Positions 37,681-48,651 of a DNA stretch of 50,472 nt are shown piece after piece. The notes under the pieces are model-generated. The model saw only the letters and a list, made by a program, of their open reading frames with translations. It was not told the origin of the DNA and made no database searches. Source of the stretch: Octopus sinensis (Eukaryota); the NCBI RefSeq assembly GCF_006345805.1, contig NW_021834394.1:1-50472 (forward strand). The letters are read 5' to 3'. Position numbers and translations under genes: made by a program. The number at the start of each line of letters is the position of its first letter. The first letter of the stretch is position 1.

Positions 37681-38238
37681 GTAAAATTATATGTACGTTT
37701 GTGTATGTATATAATGCTCATAAAAAAACATACTTCTCACTTCCTCTCAAACTCTCTGACCCCCCCCACACACACACACACCACATGTACAGAAACAGAC
37801 AAAGAGAGATACAGTGGTAGGGGGAGGAGCGATAGAGAGAAGTATATATTTACACGTACAATCACGTGCACAGAAAACTTGAATGAATGAAATAAAAGTT
37901 AAAGATAAAAATGAAAATTATAAAACGCAAACTAAAAACCAGTTGCGTCCCTTTCTCTCCAGTTGCTTATGTTTAAGATTTATTGACAGCAAATATAGGA
38001 TAGCAGACAGCAATTTTACCACCAGCCCCATCACCATCGTATACACGCGAGTATAACATCGATTTTCCGGAACCTTTGATTCGAAAGCTTTTCCGGATTA
38101 CTGATTTTTCCGGACCAGGAGTGATCAGTTTATATCAAACACATATTAAATATCTTTAAATAATTAAATGAAATACAGGTACCTGCTTTTTTTTTATCCA
38201 TGGATCGCACTTAACTACTAATGTATATATGGAGGAGA

Positions 38239-38572
38239 AGACCCACTACGGTCATGAATGACCATGGGATTACACCTAGGAAGTTACCCTCCGAGGCACA
38301 AGTCCGGGCAAGGTTGTTTGTGGAAGGCCAGCAGTCGCCCATGCATACCAACCGTCCCTCTCCACGCCACCAGTGCTATCCAAGGGAAAGACAAAGGTCG
38401 ATACAGCTTGGCACCTGTGACGTCGCAACTCATTTCTACAGCTGAGTGAACTGGAGCAACGTGAAATAAAGTGTCCTGCTCAAGAACACAACACGCAGCC
38501 CGGTCCGGGAATCGAACTCACAACCTCACGATTGTAAGCTCGACGATCTAACCACTGAGCCATGCGCATTCA
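38239..38572 (-). mobile_element. SINE family D, full length
   Basis: GCGCATGGCTCAGTGGTTAG head, GAGTTCGATTCC B-box, CTTGAGCAGGACACTTTATTTCACGTT core; another head at 39027-39142 (+). Confidence 0.85.
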
Positions 38573-38769
38573 CAACAGGTACCTGTGCAGTAGTATAAAT
38601 CATGAAAGGTTATCAATACTGTACTGTGCAAGATTCTGTGAATCAAAGCCGCTCCAAGGACTAGTCTGGCAGCTGCGAGAATGTGTAGTTTCTGCTTGTA
38701 AACTTGGGCGGATTATACGGGATTCCGGGCCACCAGTATCTAGAAAGTTCTCTCTCTCTCTCTCTCACT

Positions 38770-38800
<31 letters not shown>

Positions 38801-38874
38801 GTGGGAAACATGTAGCACCATTAATTCGGTCATGTTTTTTTTCTCTCTCTCCTTATCTGTTTTCTTTCCTCATT

Positions 38875-38911
38875 CCTTTCTGTAGAAGAGTCTAGGCTTG
38901 AAATGTCAAAG
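38875..38911 (+). ncRNA. Hammerhead-shaped motif, family P3 second copy (CUGUAGAA core)
   Basis: CCTTT-CTGTAGAA-GAGT-CTAG-GCTT-GAAAT-GTC-AAAG; flanks homologous to 18076-18220. Confidence 0.45.
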
Positions 38912-39372
38912 ACTTCTTCCATTTCTTCCTGATCGTTAACATAATACACCCTGTTTGTTGTTCTTTCACCGGTTTCCGTTTTTATTGTATGCCTATGGAA
39001 CCACACACATACACACATATATATAGTGTATGCGCGTCACCTAGTAGTTAGTCTGTTGCCCTTACGATCGCAGAAACCGTGGGTTCGATTCCCACACCGG
39101 GCTGCGGGTTGTGTTGTTGAACAAAACACTCCATTTCACATTTATCCAATCCCTCTTTCCACACACACACACGCACACACATCCCAGGATCCGAGTGATG
39201 GTCGAGCTTGTCGCTGTCGACGGCGTTTGATCCAGTGATTCTGAGAGCGTTTCTGTCAGGAGTCTAGCACTCCTGTTAGGGCAAATCCCACTTAGAGATG
39301 TCCCTCATCAGAACCACAAAGTAAGCTGATGTATACTATCGATGTAACAGAGGAGAACCCCCACCAGTTGGA

Positions 39373-39760
39373 ATGGCTAAGAAAGTGCCACTCGAGATTA
39401 CATCCAAGTCAGTGCACTTTCATCACCAGAGATTACCTATCTCCTTCTACAGCTTTATTTCATTCTGTGTCTCAGATAATGATTCCGAAACCATAGTTTG
39501 TGGGTCACCCGTTGGTAAGTTGAGAGTCATTGTAAACAAATCTATCTCATTGGCAACTCTTCCTGAGGAAATGTCCTTCAAAAGAGGAAAAATCAAACTC
39601 TCAGTCATAAGAAATAGCGAGATGGCGCGATGGCGACCTGGACGATGTGTTAGGAAGAGAGAACGTAGTGTGTTCGTCTGAAGAGCTTAACCCTCGGATA
39701 TATAATTTTGAGAAAGACAATGTCAAGCCTGAAAATATGGCCGGTTTATAGACTGGAACA
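39373..39760 (-). pseudogene. Possible ancient LINE APE endonuclease remnant
   Basis: SFSKLYIRGLSS resembles the NIRGL start of APE and VISGD resembles VGDFN; highly degraded. Confidence 0.25.
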
Positions 39761-40660
39761 TTAAGAAGATTGTAGACCTTTAGCATATTTGGAATCATTT
39801 AAGAAATTCAACCGTGTTTCGTGGTCTGCTAGCTACCACAACAGCTCCTTTATAGGATCCAGTTAGCTCAAGACATCATCAGGAGGAACCACGTCAGGTT
39901 TCGGCCCCTATTCTTCTACCGTTTTGTTGTGGTGCTCCCGCTTTTCGGAGGTGTCTTCAGCTCTGGTGTTGGGTGCATGTCTTCTTTCTTCTGTTCCCTG
40001 GCTTCTTCGATGTAGCGTCAACGAGTGTCAGAGGGCAACTGACTGTCTTGTGAAATTTCCCTTTAAATACCTGCTGCTAGGCTCAAGCAGGCAGCTCCAG
40101 CAAGTTGTCACGTGACACTGTCTCAACTTTAACTGACCAATGAAGGCGCGTAGTCTCAGCCACATTTAGTTATAAGCTCTCCAATGTGATATTAACTGCC
40201 TCACTTTCTTTTTCGGGGCCACTGATACAAGGCTCTGATATGTCCCGTTTTCCCTTCCTTGATTTAAAAAGGAAATCTCCTTTTAAATCAAAATAAGAAG
40301 CTTTTTTACGAACTAACAAGGGAACCTTTAAGTGACCACCCGGCCTGCAAGAAACAGTAACCAAATCTCCCTCATATGACGCACCGACATAACATTGCAG
40401 CTGGAAATGGACACGTTGGATAATGTTGTGGGTACTGTGCTGCTGGTGCATTGTAAAAAGAAGGGACCGTCATAGCTGAACTGTTTTTTCCTCATTGGTG
40501 TTCACCTGTCGCTAAACAACAACTGGTTAGGTCTAGTGTGGGGGCATGTGCCGTTCTACCACGTTGCTGCATTCACTATTTGTCGTATATTCCCGGGTTT
40601 TCTTTTTCCTCTCAATCTCCTTCTTCTCCCCCTTCTTCATCCTACTCTCCCTTCATACCT

Positions 40661-40891
40661 ATTTCTTTATTACCCACAAGGAGCTAAACACAGAGGGGGC
40701 AAACAAGGACAGACATAGGTATTAAGTCGATTACATCGATCCCAGTGCGTAACTGGTACTTAATTTATCGACCCCGAAAGGATGAAAGGCAAAGTCGACC
40801 TCGGCGGAATTTGAACTCACAACGTAACGCAGACGAAATGCCGCTAAGCATTTCGCCGGGCGTGCTAACGTTTCTGCCAGCTGGCCGCCTT
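40661..40891 (-). mobile_element. SINE family B, full length
   Basis: Family B consensus. Confidence 0.9.
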
Positions 40892-41460
40892 CATACCACT
40901 CCTTTACTTCCATCGAAGACTCCAGCCACACAAACCCTCCACGTAGTCACCCGACCTGCTAGATATATCAGCCAAGTCGTTCTTGTTTCCGTTGTCTATG
41001 ACAGCGAAGGACGATCTGGTGTTGAACATTGTTGCTGTCGCCGTTCCTGTGGCTCATAGTGTTTGTTATTGCTGTCGAAAATGATGTTGCTGTTGTTGTT
41101 ATTGATACTGTTGTTGTTGATGTTGCTTGTATCGTTGTTGCCATGGGTGTTGATGTTATTGTTTTTGATGTCATTTATAGCTGTTAGTGATATTTTATGT
41201 CGATGTTGTTGCCGACGTAGATGGAGCCGTCACCGTTAGCGTCGCCGTCGTTGTTTCCGATCTAATATTGCACAACTCTATTAAAGAGATGCTTGGGTGG
41301 TGGCGGATGGAGGCGCTTCACAGGCTGTAAAATAGACTTAATTGTCCACTGATAAAGCAAGTGACTTACTAGCGCTCTGCATTCAGTTCGATCGATGAAT
41401 AACTAATACCTCTCTCTCTCTCTCATACACACAAACTGTTAGTCCAAAAACATATAGGTG

Positions 41461-41897
41461 TTGGAGTGGCTGTGTGTGGTAAGTAGCTTGTTTACCAGCC
41501 ACATGGTTCCGGGTTCAGTCCCACTGCATGGCACCTTGGGCAAGTGTCTTCTACTATAGCCTCGGGTCGACTAAAGCCTTGTGAGTGGATTTGGTAGACG
41601 GAAACTGAAAGAAGCCCGTCGTATATATGTATATATATATATATATGTATATATATCTGTGTGTGTGTATGTTTGTGTGTCTGTGTTTGTCCCCCCCCCA
41701 ACATCGCTTGACAATCGATGCTGGTATATTTACCTCCCCGTAACTTAGCGGTTCGGCAAAAGAGACCGATAGTATAAGTACTAGGCTTACAAAGAATAAG
41801 TCCTGGGGTCGATTTGCTCGACTAAAGGCGGTGCCCCAGCTTGGCCACAGTCAAATAACTGAAACAAGTAAAAGAATAAAAGAGTAAAGAGTAAGAG
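41461..41897 (+). mobile_element. SINE family A, full length
   Basis: Family A consensus. Confidence 0.9.
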
Positions 41898-41951
41898 ACT
41901 CAAACACTGATAGTCTCATACACAACAAACACACACACATACATATATATA

Positions 41952-42186
41952 TATTTCTTTACTGCCCACAAGGGGCTAAACATAGAGGGGACAAAGAAGG
42001 ACAGACAAAGGGATTAAGTCGATTATATCGATCCCAGTGCGTAACTGGTACTTTATTTCATCGACCCCGAAAGGATGAAAGGCAAAGTCGACCTCGGCGG
42101 AATTTGAACTCAGAACGTAGCGGCAGACGAAATACTGCCAAACATTTCGCCCGGCGTGCTAACGTTTCTGCCAGCTCACCGCCTTA
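41952..42186 (-). mobile_element. SINE family B, full length
   Basis: Family B consensus; family A 5' part follows at 42204-42370 (+). Confidence 0.9.
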
Positions 42187-42366
42187 AACACACACATACA
42201 TATAGGTGCAGGCGTGGTTGTGTGATAAGAAGCTTACTTCCCAACCACACGGTTCTGGGTTCAGTCCCACTGCGTGGCACCTCGGTTAAGTGTCTTCTAC
42301 TAGAGTCACGGGCCAGCCAAATCCTTGTGTGTGGATATGGTAAACGGAAACTGGAAAACGCCCATC

Positions 42367-42433
<67 letters not shown>

Positions 42434-42568
42434 CACATACATTTCGTCCCGCGTGGTAACGATTCAGTCACCTTGCCGTCTTAAAAGCAGAGAGGCAAAG
42501 TTGATCATGGCAGGATTTGAACTCTGGTATTTTGACCGGCATGGTAACACTTCTGCCGGTTCGCTGCC

Positions 42569-42608
<40 letters not shown>

Positions 42609-43376
42609 TTGTGATGTTGATAATGATGATAATAATAATCATAAAACATTTTCTTTATCTTTATTATGTATTTATATATTTATCTTTATTGCTTTTATCA
42701 TTAAATTAAAACTGTGATTTCGCACATGCGCATACAAAGTAACAATACTGTGGATGTAAAAAATCGCAAGTATGTATGTGTATGGATATGTATATATATG
42801 TAAGTATAACAGACGGGAAATCACACACAAACTGTGCACATATTAATGCGCGTGTGTGTGTGTGTGTGTGTATTCAAACACATACACACATATATAGACC
42901 TTATATTTTGTGCATGCTTGTGTGTAGAAATGGATTAGATCCAAAAAAAAAAATCCTTCATATTCGCTAATGGCGTTCCGATAGATGATATCAGTGTTAT
43001 GGCCGATGTAATGGTGGCTTTGAGCACGGCACTTAATTGTAATTGCTTAGTCTACCAAGCTGTAAAAATTGGTAATATTTTCATCGTAGATTCCAGTTCT
43101 GATAGACTTACTAGCGCCTGATCCAGGCTGCAATATGTCAGTGTGCAGCTTATCGCGGCTGCGAAGCATCAGTGCAGTTAAACATTCGACAAGGCTTCAG
43201 TTGAAGGGGTTAGGTTTGGGGTGTTTCGCACCCTGCGTTGCGCGAGTTTGTAACTGGAAATATTTATGTATATATGTATATGTATATTTATGCGTATGTG
43301 TACATGCGTGTATTTTTAAGTGAGTTGTGAGTTTTTGTATGCATGTATGCAGAAATACGAACGTGTTTTTATGCAG

Positions 43377-43420
<44 letters not shown>

Positions 43421-43469
43421 CACACACATATATTATATATATATATACATAATATAATACATACATATA

Positions 43470-43518
<49 letters not shown>

Positions 43519-43536
43519 TATATATATATGTTTATA

Positions 43537-43797
43537 GGTGCAGGCTTGGCTGTGTAGTAAGAAGCTTGCTTTTTAACCACTTCGTTCCGGGTTCAGTCCC
43601 ACTGCATGCCACCTTGGGCAAGTGTCTTCTACTATAACCTCGGGCCGAGGGAGCTAGAAGGAGCACGTCGTGTGTGTGTGTGTATGTTTAATTGTCTTTC
43701 TTCCCCTGCCTGTACCCGGAACTATGTGGTTCGTAAGCAAGCTACTTACCACACGTCCACTCCTATGCCTATTTACCATACAGCCACTCTTGCGTCT
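43537..43797. mobile_element. SINE family A 5' fragments in opposite orientations (43537-43670 +, 43713-43797 -)
   Basis: Family A head sequence. Confidence 0.75.
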
Positions 43798-44033
43798 ATT
43801 TACAATTGTTGGACATCTCACCTTTATAATAATACCTAACATCTGTTCCTTGTCCCATTGTGTTTACACCCGCTTGATGTTTTTATTGTAATGTTCCCCC
43901 TGTATAGTATGTTTATAATATTGTGGATGCATTATAATTCTGGCGTGCCCTTGGTGCAGTTATTTAGGCAATCTGTTTCACGATAGCACTGGACAGTAGG
44001 TGACCTTAGCAGCGGTATCGTGTCGCACGAGAA

Positions 44034-44492
44034 GACCTCGGCGGAATTTGAACTCAGAACGTAGCGGCAGACGAAATACCTATTTCTTTACTACTCACAA
44101 GGGGCTACACACAGAGGAAACAAACGAGGACAGACAAATGGATTAAGTCGATTATATCGACCTCAGTGCGTAACTGGTACTTATTTAATCGACCCCGAAA
44201 TGATGAAAGGCAAAGTCGACCTCAGCGGAATTTGAACTCAGAACGTAGCGGCAGACGAAATACCTATTTCTTTACTACCCACAAGGGACTAAACACAGAG
44301 CGGACAAACAAGGATAGACAAACGGATTAAGTCGATTATATCGACCCCAGTGCTTAACTTGTACTTATTTAATCGACCCCGAAATGATGAAAGGCAAAGT
44401 CGACCTCGGCGGAATTTGAACTCAGAATGTAACGGCAGACGAAATACCGCTAGAGCAATTTACCCGGCGTGCTAACAATTTTTGCCACCTCG
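44034..44492 (-). mobile_element. SINE family B concatemer: one head, two 184-bp units and a partial unit
   Basis: Junction GAAATACC|TATTTCTTT at 44080/81 and 44264/65. Confidence 0.9.
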
Positions 44493-45714
44493 TCTCTCTA
44501 CTGATGATAATAACCTGATTCCATTTCTGGTTTTGGTAACAGCTTCACTTATTGATAGATATGTAAACCATGGTCACATATTTATCAATATTTTCCAGGC
44601 ATCGATTATAATAGAAGGATTCTCAGCAGGGTGTGGTGACTTTAGTTGTTATGTAACAGGTACGGAATCTTAAAATTTAGACACAAAATTAGCAGACTTG
44701 TTAGTTTTGATTCGCTGTCAAAAGAACGGCTTTTTTTATAAGGAGCCGTTTGTGATTTGGATAGCGTTCACGAATAGCTTTTTTTATACCAAGAGCACAG
44801 TTGAATGAGACGTTTTAGTTATGTCCATTGAATAATGTCTCTGCACAGAGGCAGGATGCTCATTTAATACTATTCGGGAGTGCTCACTAGATGGTAGACT
44901 CAAATCTGAGGCCATATCCTATGAAGTAGAGGTAATGCCTAACAGCAACAGCAACAACGAAATGATTCACGCACACAGAAACATTTTAGAGCAACGGAGA
45001 GCTCCTTTAAGGTCAGGTTAAATAACAAGTCTTCTTTCAAAATCTGCGGGAGCTGCAACGTTACATTAGCCAGCTATATATAGCTATTGAAAGAAGAGGA
45101 GGCGCCATACAGGTGCAGTATCGACCTGAGTCTTAGCTCAACAGAAGCAGACGGTGCAAATTTTGATTGGCCAAGAGGACAATGATCCTAAAAGAAATTT
45201 AAAAAATCGCATAGAAGTTTTTAGCCAATACCCTCATGATAGAAAATTCGTTTTCGAAACGTAGTCTTCCCCGTTCCTGGACTTGAGAACGAGAAAACGC
45301 ATTTCGTTCAGGGAGCGGTAAATCTCAGAATGGGTTGTTTTCGTTTTTTCCCTACCAAAATGACCGAGACTATTTACCTCCGTTTGTAAAAAGGCTAAAT
45401 GCTTCCGACCAGTAGGACCGATGTGTTGCTTATATTTCCAAGTGCAATGGTAGAGGTGAAACCAAGGATAACTTTCTGACCGATTATATACTACTCGACT
45501 ACATGATACACACACACACAACACATCAAATGCATAATTATACATATGAGTATGCGCGTGTGTGTGTATATATATATATATATGCATATGTGTGTACATA
45601 TATATAGTTCAGGAATATACGTATGCATATATGTAAAATACATATACACATACATATGAATACAATAAATATATATGCGTGTGTGTACGCACACGTACAC
45701 ATATGCGTGTGTGT

Positions 45715-45787
<73 letters not shown>

Positions 45788-46323
45788 CAATGTATGCAGT
45801 TATGAATAAAGACATTCGTATATACATACATATAGTTGTGTATCTGACAATTTAGTGTATATATATATATATATATATATAATTTCTTGTATTATAGACA
45901 TAATTCACCATAATATTTCGTGTGTCGTATATGACAGAGCTATAGATTATCCCAAATGCACAATACGGGTGGTCCTCTCTTTATAAGAGGGATATTAATT
46001 TGTTTCAACTGTTAGATACCATAAATATTAAATATGTTTGTAAAAGAGTAAATATATATATATGGCTGTTTCTCTTTCTTATCTGTGTATATGTCCATGC
46101 ATGTATTCATGTATGTATACACGCACGTAAATACATATACGTGAGTGTATACATTTATTTATGCATATACATGTGTGTGTGCGTGTGTGGGTGCATATGT
46201 ATCCATATAAACATACTTGTGTATAATTATAGATGCTCGTTTACAAATATATATGCTCATACATGCAAGTATGTTTGTATTGCACGCATATATATATATA
46301 CACAGTTATGTTTATAGGTCATA

Positions 46324-46425
46324 AATTTAAGAGTCATATGCGTACAGACATACATACATATGTACGTACGTAGATGTGTGTATGTACATGTGTGTCTCGG
46401 TTTATGTGCACACCCATATATATAC

Positions 46426-46466
<41 letters not shown>

Positions 46467-46548
46467 TGGGTGTGCACATAAACCGAGACACACATGTACG
46501 TATGTACATATGTATGTATGTATGTCTGTACGCATATGACTCTTAAAT

Positions 46549-46549
<1 letters not shown>
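46324..46549. repeat. Inverted duplication centred on a (TA)n tract
   Basis: AATTTAAGAGTCATATGCGTACAGAC...TCTCGGTTTATGTGCACACCCAT and its reverse complement; centre 46418-46465. Confidence 0.9.
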
Positions 46550-46595
<46 letters not shown>

Positions 46596-47420
46596 TCACA
46601 CATATGTATTTGGTGTGTGTGTATATCTGCGAAGAGAGAGAGAGAGAATGAGAGAAGAGCGGCAGACAGACAAGGGGATTAAGAAAAATGACTGTTTATC
46701 AGATTATTGAGTATATATTATTTTCCTAGGCCCGTTTCGTGAAATGTCACTATGTACCGAACTTTGCAACCGTCAGCTAGGATCGAAACTGATACTCCTC
46801 TGCGATGTGAACCTAATACCCAAACTGATAAGATCGCGATCGTCTGATAACTGATAACATTGGCGTCAATTAGTTGTCGGCTGTTAACACTTGTGCGATT
46901 TAATATCAACTGTGGATGTGAGTGTGTGTGTCCGTGTGTCCATGTGTATGTATTTACGTAGGGGTAGTGACGTAGATGTCTAAATACATAGCGTGTTAGT
47001 AAACAGTCAAATACACTCGTACGTACAACCACGCATGCGTACACACATATGCACACCTATATAGAGACACGCATGGAAACGAATAAGATGTGTGTGTGTA
47101 TAGGTGTATTGTTGTGCGTGTTTGTGTGTATGTGTTTATATTTTGTGTATGTGAATGCATGTGTATGTATACGAGTGTGCGTGTGTGTAAACGTACATAT
47201 TCGTGTGTGTGTATGTGTGTGTGTCGTATTAACAGAATTTTTCGACCGACCAATGTTGGCTACGATTCTTTGTGATGATCGGTCCGCCTTCTGCACACTG
47301 TGTTCAAATATTACTACGGCTACTTTCATATTTCATGCTTATGGGGCCGATAAAGACAAACACTAGCAATGCTCACTCTTTTTCTTAGTCTGTCTGTCTG
47401 TCTCTCCTTCTTGTTTGTTC

Positions 47421-47714
47421 CTTCTCGAGCCATCCCTGGCTCATAAGGGCCGGTTTCCCGGTTTCCTTGGCGTATAGGTTCCCCACCTGGACGGGACGCC
47501 GGTCCGTCGCAGGTGAGCTGCAAGATGCAGGAGGAAAGAGTGAGAGAAAGTCGTAGCGAAAGAATCAGAAGAAGTTCGCCATTACCTTCTGCCGGAGCAA
47601 CGTGGAGCTTAGGTGTTTCGCTCATAAACACACACATCGCCCGGTCTGAGATTCGAACCCGCGATCCCCTTACCGCGAGTCCGCTGCTCTAACCACTGGG
47701 CCATGTACCTCCAC
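47421..47714 (-). mobile_element. SINE family C, tail variant 2
   Basis: Head GTGGAGG.ACATGGCCCAGTGGTTAGAGCAGCGGACTCGCGG; distinct 3' region. Confidence 0.8.
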
Positions 47715-47879
47715 ATGTCTCTCCCCCATCTCTCTCTCTCTCCTTCCCTCGTATCTCAGATGTTCTATTGGGCTTCTAAAACCATTAGCGAAAGCGTACT
47801 AAATACTGATACCAAGATCATTTTCAATAGTAAGGGTTGTATATATTTCAGCCTTGAAAAAATTCTAATCGAATAAATT

Positions 47880-48205
47880 GACTCCAGTACTTTTTTCCCC
47901 TTTTAATACTTGAACTGTTCTATCGTTCTCTATTGCTGAACTGCTAAGTTACGTGGACGTAAAGACACCAACACCGGTTGTCAATTGTTGGAGTAGGGGA
48001 CGAACAGAGACAAAGACAAACACATAAGTATATATGTATATGTACACGACGGGCTTCTTTCAGTTTCTGTCTACCAGATCCAAATATCTACCAAAAGTCC
48101 GGGATCGAAAACGCGTGTACCACTTGAGCACTGGGATCGATGTAATCGATTTACCCACTCACCCCCAAATTACTGGCCTTGTGCTAAATTTTGAAACCAT
48201 TATTA
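47880..48205. mobile_element. Old SINE A middle fragment (47880-48082, -) and SINE B tail (48115-48205, +)
   Basis: Diverged consensus matches. Confidence 0.6.
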
Positions 48206-48651
48206 GAGCGCCGACCAGTGAGGTGTTCGTCTTGAGAAGCCCTCGCATATAGAAGCACGGTGCTAAAAGCATATATAGTAGCAGAAGTGAGTCGTCTGAT
48301 ATGAGCCCTGGAACTGTGCTCCCTCAGTAGCAGGCGTCCAAGATCCGCATAACAGCAGAATCTCGCTGCCAAAGATATATGGAATAACAATGGCCTTCCA
48401 GTCACTGATGACGCAAATAGCTACGCAGTACGCTGAACTCACGTGATCTGGCAGTTCCGGCGCCCGTACCTGACAATTCTCGCCTGCTTTGATATTTATT
48501 TGTACATTCGGCACCGTACGTGCACCTGAAAGGACTTCTGGCGAATTCTGCAGTATTCAGCGTCAAATATTACATCCACGTTGAATAATATATAACGATC
48601 GCATTTTGGTATTAATATCCCTTCGTTCGCTAATATTTATACATACATTTA

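Noticed and set aside
4279-41704. Recurring 60-90 aa ORFs such as '...YQIHSQG.GRPEAIVEDTCPRCHAVGLNPE.CGW'
   Set aside because: They are reading frames through SINE family A copies; recurrence reflects the repeat, not a gene family
44034-44492. CRISPR-like array
   Set aside because: Eukaryotic SINE concatemer with 184-bp units and no unique spacers
4905-47714. tRNA genes
   Set aside because: The A/B-box heads belong to SINEs; no complete cloverleaf with acceptor stem was found
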